Assembly: GCF_025526975.1 (NCBI RefSeq)
Contig: NW_026515694.1
Location: forward strand, 310,001 to 374,000
Origin: Fimicolochytrium jonesii
Lineage: Eukaryota
Length of the DNA stretch: 64,000 nucleotides
Direction: 5' to 3'
Both the position numbers and the translations under genes were made by a program. The first letter of the stretch is position 1, and each line of letters starts with the position of its first letter. The notes beneath the pieces were generated by a model, which was not told the origin of the DNA, did not search any database, and was given only the letters and a program-made list of their open reading frames with translations. Below are positions 1-11,600 of the stretch, piece by piece.

Positions 1-479
1 AGCAAGTCCATTTTGCTGCTTTGCGTGCATATGAGCAGTTGCTTGAGAGGATGCCGGAATCGCCGACACTTTGCTGACTTGAGCACGTTTCCAGCAACGC
101 GCGGCTGTGAAGATTCTTTATGTCTCGGGTATGCTTTTCAATGCGCGCTAGCGTTACTGATTTTCACCAGAGAGAACAACGTGGGAAAGGCGGTGGCGAT
201 GATATTTCTCTACAGGTTGCCTCCCCTACCTCTCTCGAAACCTGGTCCAGAATTGACGTCGTGAGTGTCTTGACGGAACCTAACTCGACGTCCTCGGGGT
301 CACCGGCGTAAGAAACGTGACGTTGCGAGTTGGGGAATTCAACTAGAGTTCCGCAAAAGCCCGACCTCCATCACACACACCTCAACGGCCGTCCAGCGCC
401 ATATCGTCTGCTTACACTCTCGTGTCGCGACTCTCAAATGCGTCTTGGAGGGCGAGTGCGACGGCGTGGACCTGGACAT
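1..479 (-). CDS. Possible 5' part of an unknown spliced gene running off the window start
   Basis: ATG at 479 (MSRSTPSHSPSKTHLRVATRE), GTAAGC donor near 415 and a TAG acceptor giving FEFPNSQRHVSYAGDPEDVELGSVKTLTTSILDQVSRE; a further acceptor near 105 leaves an open frame to position 1. No family recognised. Confidence 0.25.
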
Positions 480-919
480 GATGGGGAGAGAACGGAAGGT
501 GGCCCATCGCATTCATGTCCAGAAGCAAAATCTGTACGCGCGCCCATTCCACGGAAATGCCAGTCCGCCATCTGGTCCGCCGTCGTCCGCCACCCAAGCC
601 ATTTCAATCAAACATCGCCAGGGGTAGAAAAGCGCAAAGCAGCTTCAAGGCGGTTCTCCTACAAACCTTTACATGATGGAGTCCATTCAGCATTCGGCAT
701 GGAACCCACTCAGCACTTGCTCGCCGTCCAACATCGACGGATGACCCATACGACGGTTTTCAATTGGCCAGCGGTCACGTGAAGGCACGAGTTGGTGAAT
801 AGATATGTTGGATTTCTCATGCCACACGTTTTCATGGGCTGCTGTTGGCCAAAGTCCCCGTCGGCATCGTGCATAAGTCCACACCGGCAATACCCCGCAT
901 CGCCCTCAATGCGAAAGCA

Positions 920-1483
920 ATGACAATACCTGAACCTGCTTCCCACGCTCTCCAGGAGCTCGGGATAGCCACACTTTTGTCCGTTCTCCGAACATCTACA
1001 ACCAAGCCGCTGCCCCTTCTTCATTACGTCCTCGCCTACCTCGACCCGCTTGACATTCTACATGTCTCGCAACTGCACCATGCCCTTCACGCAGACCGCC
1101 GTCTGGCCCCGTCGGGTGAACTATGGTGGTGGCGCACGTTTCATGTCGACGCTCCGCCCGCGCGAGGGATGCGGACTGCCGAACGAAGACGGGATTGGCG
1201 ACGCGCCTGTTTCGAAAAACACGACGAGCTGGAGCGGATCGCAGCCAAAGACGATATGAAGAGCCGTGCCGCTGCATGGGCCGCTGCGCATCCGAAAGGG
1301 AAGAAGAGCGAGATTATGGAACCGTCGCCCATGGAGTATGGGATGCCCGCAGGCTCAAGGGGGAAGCTCACGACGGAAGAGAAGGTCGAGGCCAGGGCCT
1401 ATTACAAGGAATTGAAGAACAAGAAGGCCAAGGGGAAGCTTGTCGAAAAAGTTTCGAGGGAGGAGAGGTTCATTTACTACTAG
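920..1483 (+). CDS. Elongin A-like / F-box-like small protein
   Basis: Intronless ORF from ATG 920. ALQELGIATL resembles a BC-box; LPLLHYVLAYLDPLDILHVSQL is F-box-like; it continues LWWWRTF...DWRRACFEKHDELER with a Lys/Glu-rich tail, like the Elongin A C-terminal domain. Confidence 0.5.
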   Translation: MTIPEPASHALQELGIATLLSVLRTSTTKPLPLLHYVLAYLDPLDILHVSQLHHALHADRRLAPSGELWWWRTFHVDAPPARGMRTAERRRDWRRACFEKHDELERIAAKDDMKSRAAAWAAAHPKGKKSEIMEPSPMEYGMPAGSRGKLTTEEKVEARAYYKELKNKKAKGKLVEKVSREERFIYY

Positions 1484-1798
1484 GGAATAAGGGAACCACT
1501 ACATGTGGGAAGTGAGGGAGAGCGCGAGAGATCACTGTAGCATTAGTTTTGATATTTATTAATTTTTGGGAAACACCCGTTGGGACCATTGTAGTCCGGC
1601 TTGAGAGCAGCGAGTAAGGGGAGGCAGAGAATAGGTCGAAATGAAACAAATAGTTTTCAACTTTCAGAATTGAAATCGAGTGAAGGCGAAACGAAACCTA
1701 TATGTGATAGCTGTCATACGCCTAGCGCCGCGCCGTGCACGAAAACGCATATTTACAGGGGAATGCCCGTTGAGTGCAGAGGTTCGTGATCCTTTTCC

Positions 1799-3777
1799 TC
1801 AGTTTCGGGTGCAGCAGAAGGCCAGAATCCATTTCAGATCGATGAGCATGTACTTCAGTGCCTTGGTCCATGTTTCATCTTGGTTGAACTGCAGCTTGAT
1901 GGGGGTGTCGCCAATCTTGTCTTTCACAATTCTATAGCGGATGCGTCAATAGGTCAGGATCAGAAGGGTCGGTTGATAAACCTGTGTATGAAACACAGGT
2001 CTTCGAGGGGACGCACCTATAGGGAAGCCGAAACTTGGAATCCCGCTGTTCTGCGTAGTCCCCAATCTGCTGTAAGCAGTGCAAGAAAGCCACGAGCGCG
2101 TTGTCGAATCGCCGGTTCCAGAAGAGAACGCCTTTGAGGTCGCCAGATCCGTACCTGTACGACATCCATGGTCAGACCGAGCTCACAGCTGGCAGGACGA
2201 TTCAGTTATATTGCCTTACAGTTCGAGTGTCCCCTTGTCGCCATCGATCTTTTCTATCCTTGAGAAGCTGCCCATTGGAACTAGCTTGTAGCTATAGCTC
2301 GAGCGTTAATGGATTGACATATCAGGTAACTGGCGCTCGTATGGGACCCTACACGTGTCTCAGGTACATACTTCTTGAAGGTAAAGCGAAGCTTGTTCGC
2401 CATGGTGTCAAGCAACAAAAGGGATTGACCCATAGCAGCGTTGATTTCCGACCAGTCAACCTGCACAAAACGTTAGGTTGTTGTGCTGGAAACTGTGACT
2501 AGGTAGCCAACGCACCGGTTGAGTCGGTAATCGCCCCATGCGGAAGCCTATGGTGCGACCGCATGAGCTGGAGGTTTCAAGACAACCATAGCAGAGTGCA
2601 CTTTGCAACGAAAGCTCTGCTGATACACTTGCCATTGATAGTCCCGAAGGGTCCTTCATGCCAAATCTGGAACGTGTCATTGTAGACATTGGTCTTCTTC
2701 AGACTCTCCAGCTGCTTTGATACATAGGCGTGACTCAGTTGGACACTTTGCCGCTCATTCTGATACGTTTGGAGTTTGCTGTCGAAATCATTCACATCTT
2801 GCCATAGGCTGGAATACGGAGTGGATTTGAAGGTTTGATCGGAAAACTCCTTGCGCGAAGCTTCGAAATGTACCTTGATTTTGAAACTTCAAGATCCTCG
2901 AGCTCTTTATGGACTGAGGCCAACTCTGCGTTCAGATGTTCTCGTTCCGACTCTAGATTCTTCAAAGTTTGCAGTGCCTGCCGCTCTTCATCTCTCAGCT
3001 ATGATGAAGCAGTCATACGGTTCGGTAAATGCTGTGACCTCCTCGGCGGTGTTCCGGGTCGACCGTCAAACCTACGCACCTTTGTGAGGTCTTCCTCAGT
3101 CACATCCGGTTGATCCCCATTGTGCTCCTCCTCCATCAGAGCCTTAAAATACGCCTCGTACGCATCCTTCTCTTTTCGTGCCTCATGCACACGCTTCTCA
3201 AGCTTGACCATCAACTCGTCAGCGCAGTCTTCACAGAGGGGATGATCTACATCGGTTGCCTGCGAGACCAGATCGAACAGCTTTGCAGCTGTCTTTAGCT
3301 TGTGACTCAAGCTCCCTCTCAGATGGGCCGAATCGTCGGTTCCTCCTCCCGCGCCTGCATCTGCTACACCGCCTCGATTTCCTGGTAGTACACTTGTCAG
3401 ATGTAGCGATGCGACCTGGGATTTGGAAAGAAGGACAAAGGAGTCCTGGATCGGTATAGCGGACTTTCCATGACGCCGCCGGTCCGTTCGTGAATCTAGC
3501 CCTGTTGCCGAGGATGCATCTCGTCCATGGTCGTCGACTCCGCTTCTATGCGCCGACTTGATAGGTTCAGTCAAGGCACCTATCGTGGAGACGTTTTAGC
3601 AGGTGTGTCAAGCGAAGCGCAACAGCAAGGCCAGAAGTTTGAAGTGTAAACCAACCAACCAACAACTTCTTCGTATGGGGAACCATCCAATAGAGATGGG
3701 TCCAATCGTGTTGGCGTATAGCATTTGCAGCAGGTATAGAAGTTCGCAGTGTCGTCGGCCGAAGCAGGTGCTGACAT
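1799..3777 (-). CDS. ATG6: Beclin-1 / Atg6 / Vps30 autophagy protein (multi-exon)
   Basis: N-terminal [78 protein letters not shown]-terminal [24 protein letters not shown] followed by TGA at 1799-1801. Confidence 0.95.
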
Positions 3778-4122
3778 GTTGACTTCGAAGTAACAAAAAA
3801 CACGAGCGGACGTGACACTGGGAAGTGAAAGGCCGCAGCGGTTCTGGATGTAGAGGAGCTATGTGGTACGACTTCACTATATATGATATGTATGTATATG
3901 CTGTAGAAGGCAGGAGAGGACTTATGCTCAGTTGTCGGCTGTGATGGGGAAGCTGACGGAATGTGAGCCTCGTCGCCTCGTCACCACCAACTTCCTCCTC
4001 TTTCTCGCCTCTTCTCGCCTCGCCGACAGCGGAGACGCGGCCGAGGACTCCGAGGAATTGGCTTCGTCAAGAGCTTGAACGTGCGGAACCCTCCTCGCTT
4101 AGACGCCACTGAAGCAGCCACG

Positions 4123-5274
4123 ATGGACTTGGACAGGCAAGCCGAGGAGCAGCGGAGCCAGAGAGACGCACTCGGCCAGGATGCTCCCGCAAAAAGGGCA
4201 GTTGGCGGGGCAAACTTCCACTCCTCACTGTCCATGCGTGAGAACTACGAAAAGCACGGCGTAACAGAGTACTACTCCCAAGTCGCATCGACGTATCGCA
4301 ACCCGCACGCAGAAGGCGTTGACAGGGTGGTCGCAGCTTGGATGAACGTTTGGCTCCAGCATATGGACGAAGACTTTGAGCCCGGCAAGGTGGAAGTGAA
4401 GACGAATGACCTAGAGAAAGCGTCGAGGCAAGGCGCCGGAGCAAGTATCACGTCGGAACTCGTCGATACGACAGATCCATCGACTCTGGATATCAAGGCG
4501 GGGGATGCTAGCTCCCCAGTCGGTGGTAAGCTTTCGCGTCCCGTAGCCAGGAAAGTAACAATTCTGGATATGGCGGCCGGAAGCGGAGAAGTGACGGAGT
4601 CACTGTTGTCTTGGAGCACCAAAAGAAATGACTTCCTCAGGATGAAACCGGGTCGTACTGATCCAAATGCGCTGCCTGTGAGCCCACCGTTGGAAGGTGC
4701 TCAACTTCCCGCACCAATACATGCCTCACCACAGTCTCGTCCGGCAATGTCACGGCCTGTCCCTCGTCCCGTGCCTCGTCCCGTGCCTCGCCCTTTGGCA
4801 CGACCTACATCGGGATCCCCGTCCGCCATCGTTACACGTGCTTCGAAGCAAACACCTCTTCCAATAGAGTTGCAAATAACGGCGACAGATCCCTTTACAG
4901 CGCCGGCGTACACGTCACGAACTGGTTTTCCCTGTCATCCTCTCAGTTTCCGAGATATCTCCGACGGTGGGCTAGCCTCCCTCGCGCCGGCTCACTTCCA
5001 TCAAGTCATTTGTTCTTTCGCTTTGCACCTGCTTACCGATTCGCATGCAGTCTTTGCCTTGTTGTGGGAACTCAGCACACGGGTACAATGGATGCTCGTG
5101 ATTGCTCCGGGAAAGAGACCCGAGATAAAGGATGGAGCATGGGGTTGGGTTAGATGGGATCATCAGCGATGGGCCCCTCTGGAGGACGAGTTGAGGGCAG
5201 AAGATGGCGCAGAGATCCGATTTGGGAAATGCCGAGGCCGAATTTATAGGAGTGTCAATTACGTCCCCCCATAA
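4123..5274 (+). CDS. Uncharacterised class I SAM-dependent methyltransferase-like protein
   Basis: Intronless ORF from ATG 4123. Motif I ILDMAAGSGE, ITATDPFT, VICSFALHL, and a conserved-looking N-terminal YEKHGVTEYY...YRNPH; Pro-rich insertions. Confidence 0.75.
   Translation: MDLDRQAEEQRSQRDALGQDAPAKRAVGGANFHSSLSMRENYEKHGVTEYYSQVASTYRNPHAEGVDRVVAAWMNVWLQHMDEDFEPGKVEVKTNDLEKASRQGAGASITSELVDTTDPSTLDIKAGDASSPVGGKLSRPVARKVTILDMAAGSGEVTESLLSWSTKRNDFLRMKPGRTDPNALPVSPPLEGAQLPAPIHASPQSRPAMSRPVPRPVPRPVPRPLARPTSGSPSAIVTRASKQTPLPIELQITATDPFTAPAYTSRTGFPCHPLSFRDISDGGLASLAPAHFHQVICSFALHLLTDSHAVFALLWELSTRVQWMLVIAPGKRPEIKDGAWGWVRWDHQRWAPLEDELRAEDGAEIRFGKCRGRIYRSVNYVPP
4756..4794 (+). repeat. In-frame 12-nt tandem repeat encoding (PVPR)x3
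   Basis: cctgtccctcgt cccgtgcctcgt cccgtgcctcgc. Confidence 0.8.
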
Positions 5275-5647
5275 ACCGAAGGGCATTAGCTTGGCTGGGA
5301 TGATTCTGCGTAGCGATATATATACATAGAGAAATCTAGATTCCTGCAAAGTAGATAAGAAAAGGGGTTACACTCAGCCGCTCTGCGGTGTCCGGATGCG
5401 TAGTGAGATGCACGCCAGAAAAATCCGCCAGAACCTGGCGCGATTTGCTGACCTAATCGACACGCGTCACTTCCGTCGGCTCCCCACGACCCTTCAACAA
5501 CGCTGCTGTCGGTCTGAAACTGAATCCTGTGCAGCTTAAACGAAAGCTGCAGGATTGCAAACAGATCGCTCATACCGTATATACCACGGCGGTAACGGTT
5601 TGGTTTTCTCTTCGACGGTGGCCTTGCCAGCGGCCAATACCTACAGG

Positions 5648-8600
5648 ATGGCCTCTACCGCCGCTCCAACGCCGGCGGAGCTCACCGCAAATGATGGGCG
5701 AAGCCCTTTTCCCATGAAAAGGGACCAAACGCTCGGCTTCCCCAAAGAACCCGAGCTACCGAGCGTCTCACAACACGCTGGTCGCCAGTCCACCAAGCCC
5801 GAAACCTTGACGGTCCCCATCAACACTGTCACCTATGTCGGCACGATCCCATCTCCAGCAAAAGCCGCAGAGGCTGCAACTCCTGCAACAGCTGGAAGCA
5901 CCACCCCACCCCGCATTACCCCGTCGCAGTACATAAAGACACGATCCCTATCCACTGCGGAGCGCCTGGCCCAGGCTTCTCATATGTCTAGCACTCCACG
6001 CATCGTCGGCCTCATCGACGACATCGAGGCGTCCTCGAAGCCATGTCACGTTCCTGTCGACCGACCGCTATTTCAACCGTTTCCATCAACCGTGGTGCTG
6101 CAATCTTTCGTGCCTTTTCAGGTATACGAAGTTGTCATCAACTTTCGGAACAATGATAAAGTAAGTGGGGTTAAGGCGTTATGGCTCATGGCCCGTGGCG
6201 GTCTTACTGCACCCAGGGTCCCTCCTAACACCGTCGTTCTCTTCGTTAAGGTTCCCCGCCGGCTCAGAATCGAGCCAATTGACAATCCATACTTCTCGAT
6301 CACCAGATGGAAAAGTGCCACATTGCATTCTGCAAAAGTGGCTCCGGGAATGGACGTGGCCTATGTCCTGCGATTCACACCCGAAGATCAGATCGACTAC
6401 TCGTATAATCTCGTCTGCACCACGGAGCGGGAAACATTCTTGGTGCCTATCGAGGCTGTCGGCGCACGAGCTATGCTTGACTTTCCAAATGAACTCATAT
6501 TCACGGATTGTGCAGTGAACTATGACAGTGTGCGCACACTGCTCGTGCGCAACATTGGCAATCGTATTGCAAAGTTCAGAATGCAAACCGCGGCTCCATT
6601 CAAAACGGCGCCTGAAATAGGAACTCTGGAGCCAAAGCAGAGCATGCAGATTGACGTGCACTTTAATCCCGAGGTAGGCATACTTGATGGAAAGGTTCAG
6701 GATCAAGCCCCTCGCTCATTTATGATTGGTTACTGCATAGGAAAGTGGGAGCTTTCAAGAAGACCTGCAAGTGAGCTTTGATACCGGAGAAGATATCTAT
6801 GTCTCTCTGATGGGAACGGGTGCGAACGCACACATTCGTCTCGAGAAGCCAACATTACGGCTGGACAGCACGTACATCAGTTTAATCAGCATGAAGAAAC
6901 TAAAGATATTCAACCGAAGCGATATCATGGCGACCTTCCAATGGAAACAATTCTCCAACGTGACAGAAGAAGCCCAATATCGAGCGCGTCGGGAAGCAGA
7001 ATTGGGAATCGTCACACAATCCGACTCTGACGAGCCTGACGCCAGATATCTCGAATTTGATCAGGGCGATGGGGAGAAGGACCCGAGCGAGACAGAGGAA
7101 TTATTGGATCTTGCGCTGCTTTCACAGCGATACAAGAATCAGAAGCGGGAAATCGAGCTAAATCCCATGCTGTTCGACGGATCCATTTTTCGGATTTCTC
7201 CTTCGTGCGGGACTATCTGGCCGAATTCATTTGTGGAGATGAATGTTCTCTTTGCGCCGGTGGCGGCGGGTCTCCAGACGCAAACAGTCTACTGTGAGGT
7301 GTCCGGCAGAGAGACTCGCTTGCCTTTGCAACTCAAAGGAGAAGCTATTGGACCGAAAGCGCGATTTTCTTACGATATGCTCGATATTGAAGAGATATTC
7401 ATCCTAACGAAGCATACATACAAAGTTGTTCTGGAGAACAAAGGCGACATTGAAGCTGTGTTCTCGCTTAACCCGTCGAGTAGCTTATTCGGACCCAAAT
7501 TCTCATTCAGCCCGGATCGAGGAGCGCTGAAGGTTGGGGAGCAGCAAATGATTGAGATTGGGTTTCACCCAGATATACTCGGGGGGTTTTCGGAAGAGTT
7601 TGTTTGGGACATCGAAGGCGCCCCAGAACCTCTGGTTCTCACGCTTACCGGCAGCGTCGTCGGGCCAAGTTTTCACTTCGATGCAAACGAAGTAAATTTT
7701 GGCGTGATCGCTTACGGCTTCACGTACAATCGATCGGTGACTCTGCACAACACTTCGCTGATTGCTATGTCATATCACCTGAGCATCCCGCCGGGAGAGA
7801 ACGGAAAGGTTGACGAGTTCACGGTATCGCCCATGCACGGTGTCATTGACCCTATGAGCTCTCATCAAATTACCGTATCATTCACGCCCAAATCTGTGCA
7901 AACGTACAGCACGTACGTCACGGTGAAAGTGGATAACGTTGGGGAGGATCTTCGGCGCTTGCCCCTTCATGCCGATAGCACCGTGCCTATAATCACAGTG
8001 CTTCCGCGCATCCTATCCTTTGGTGACACATTTCTGAACCATCCCTACGACAATCATGTAACACTGGAGAACAATACCGAGTATCCAGCACGTTACGGTT
8101 TGCTTGCACAGGAGGACTCCACCAAGGCATCATATCAGTATGCATCTGACAATGGAGAAGGAGTTCTCATGCCTCACTCGAGAACTGAGGTTCATATTCA
8201 GATCCAAGTGAAGCAGTTAGGCGTTGTCGACTTTCCGATTTGTATGACCATTGCTGGCAATGAGGAAGCACCCTTGCTGACGGATATCTCGGCACATGGG
8301 ATAGGACCGAACGTCGTGGTATCTTGCACGGAACTCACCTGGGGAAAAATACCAGTTTTGCAGAGAGTCCCGCTGACATTGGCCCTCAAGAATGATTCGC
8401 TTATACCTGCCATATTCGAGTGCAAATCGGTCAACGACCATTCGGTATTCAAAGTCGAGCCTCGAAAAGGCCAGATTCCGCCAAACGAGGAAGCTGCCGT
8501 TACGGTCACGGCGTTCTTGGACGACTCAGTCAAGTTCACCGATATCGTCAAAGTTATCACGCAATCTGGTGGAGTGCACGAAGTGAAGTTGGTTGCCAGA

Positions 8601-11600
8601 GGGCAGGGGACGACAATCACTTTCGATGATTCCCTCCGGGAGGTGAACTTTGACCATGTCTTTAGCAGCAGGGAATGCCATAAGGTTTTCACAATGACGA
8701 ATAAGGGCCGCCGACCCCAAACGCTGATGTGGATTGGTGAAGAGACCAAGGGAAAAGACGGAACAGTTGCTTCGGAGCCGATTTTCGAGGTTGTCCCTCC
8801 TCGGTTCACTCTGAAACCGGGCATGTCACAGGACATCACACTTCGCGGATTCAGCAACAAGGCTTTAGATGTCCGGCAAACCCTCGTCTGTCAAGGCTTC
8901 ATTGACAAAGACCCACTCAGAAGACTGGTTCTGAGCACTCAGGTTTCGGCGACCTTCGTGACCCCGTTGGTGAGGCTTTCTCCACCGGATTTGAAGTTTC
9001 ATGCGACACACACAAGCGAGGATCGGCAAATGGTTCTCAGCAAAGAGCTGGAGTTGACCAACACTTCGTCGTTGCCGCTTCACATCGTCTTCAAGTACCC
9101 AAAAGCATATACAGTCCATCCATCGGTCTTGAAGGACGCATTGAATCCCAACGACACCGCAAAGGTCACCGTAACGTACGACCCTTCCTCCCATAAAGAC
9201 CGTATCACAAAGCAGGAGCATGCGAAGCTTGTCATTTCCTACGCTGAACATCCTCAGAAGGATATCGTGGATATTGACAGTGAAATCATGTATCCGAACT
9301 TGGACTTTGATAGCACCTCCATCAATTACGGATGCATACCGGTCAATACCGAGCAAATATCTCGCTTTACGATGTTCAACAAGAACAATCTGCCGGTGAT
9401 GTACTGCTGGAACTTTCAAGCGACGAAAGACGCTATCGAAGATGAAAGTGTCGATGAGAGTTCATTGGAGCAAATCTTCGATATTCGTCCTTTACGAGGC
9501 ACTTTACTCCCAGGGGAAAAAGAAATCGTTGAAACCACATTTTACGGGCATATTCCCGGCAAATTCACCGCGCAAGCAATTTGCGACGTGTCTTGTGGAC
9601 CGAAGTACAAGGTCAACCTGGAAGGGGAGGTCTCATCTATCGAATTTCAGCTCGACCGCCTGACGGTGGACTTTGGCACTCAACCTTATCAGAATGTGGT
9701 AGAGCAAGAAGTATTCCTTACCAACACTGGGAAGGTGGAATTCGACTTTACCGCTGCGCTGTTACCCACTTCCCAGCTACTTCCACGGCTGACGCTTTCT
9801 CCGGCGCAAGGAACTATTCAAGCCCGAAGCAAACAACGTATCGCTGTCAAATGTTGCATAGCAGTTCCGGAGGCAATCGAAGATGCCTTCTTCATTCAAA
9901 TCGCCAGATTTGAACCCGTGCGAGTGCGAGTCACAGGAAAAGGCGTTTTTCCGAGAATCGCTCTGAACATACCGCGCGTGGCGGACGCGAGGTATGAAGC
10001 TATCGTAACCGAGATAGAAGCTGCTCACCCTCGGTCAAAACTAAGTAGTGCTGCAAGCGATGGAGTGCGGATCAGGGATTCCGAAGCGGAGGAGCAAGCA
10101 GACAGCCGCCTCTTGCGGGAGTTGACGTTAAAGCTGTTGAATGAACTCAATGAGGACGCGAAATCACGCCTGCCAGCCGTTCCCCGTGGACGATTCATCG
10201 GATCCCCTCTCCTGTACCACAAAGCCCAGCAACACAAGGCAGATAAAAAGCAGGGCTTGCTTCTCTCCGAGAGCTCCCAGGTGCGGCTCGCAAACTACAT
10301 GTGCGACCTGGGGAATGTCATCAAGAATACATGCAAAAGTCAAGCAGTGACTGTGAGGAACACCGGGCATCAACCTGTTTCCTTTGTCCTTGAAAAGGCC
10401 GCGCTTAGTGGGACAGGATTTTCCGTAGAACCTGACAAAATTCGCTCGCTGCCCCCAGGAGAACGAGTGGACCTGAATATCACTTTCCAGGCGCGAAGTT
10501 ATAGCGGTCGCGGCGACACAACTAGCATTGGATTTCCCATCAAGGTTTCTGGAGGACCGACGATTGGTGTCCAGTTGCAGGCGACGGTGACAGTTCCTGA
10601 TCTTGTTCTTTCAACGAACACTCTTGACTTTGGCGAGGTTCTATGCGGTTATCGCAAGACCGCGCACGTTCGGATGGAAAATCCATTCAGCATCCCATGC
10701 GAATGGGCGATTGTGTATCATGACGCTTCTGCTTCCGAAACTCGAGGTCAAAAGAAAACCACTCGGCGTGGAGTGAAAGAGTTCGAGATCAGTCCAACCT
10801 CCGGAGTGCTAAACCCGGCAGAAAGCTGTTTGCTAACGGCGCGATTCTCGCCTATCGAAGAAAAAGCTTACCAGGAAATCGCTTACATCAAGATAAACTT
10901 GAACAGCAAACGAATGCAATTGATTGTGCAAGGAAACGGTACTCAAGCCAACATCATTTTCGAGCCCGACCGAGTGGTTCTAGGACCGGTCCTGCCCTAC
11001 TCAGAAGGTGTCGTGGCATACTTTTCCGCTTACAACCCCACATCGCACCCAATCGAATTTGCGTCGGTTGAGTTTGATAAGGATCTGCTGGAGGAAGAGA
11101 GTATGCTGAAGCACTTGGATACGTGGGTCAACGGGACAACATTCATCCCACCACGGGAGCTTGGTGGTCCCTTGCCTGAGAAAGTTGTGGAGAATGCTCA
11201 TGCGAAGATGAAAGCTGCTAGAGATAGCGCGCAAAGTGAGGCTGGTCATCATCTGGGTGTCGGGGATCTCTTAGAGACGGCTGCTCCGATTCATGGACGT
11301 AGGCGGTCATACTTGAATCCATCGCCCCAGCAACCGCAAGTCTCGCAACCAATGCAGCAGATACCAGTACCTGCACTTCACCAGCCAACTTCCCCGTCTT
11401 CCGTGAGCGTCAATGCTGCTGACCCCACAACATCTCAACCCTCTCCGATCGAATCTGCTACTGCCATCATCCTTCACGGCCCGCCGTACTCAGGTCGAAG
11501 GTCTCAAGCTCGAATGATATCAAAAGTGTACGGTTACGCCTATGTTCACATCGATGAAGTGATCGATGCCCATTTGAAAGGAGCGCACCTGGAGAGCGGG

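Noticed and set aside
5400..5647. RFX X-box upstream of HYDIN and other ciliary genes
   Set aside because: Only isolated half-sites (e.g. ggtaac) were seen; no full consensus.
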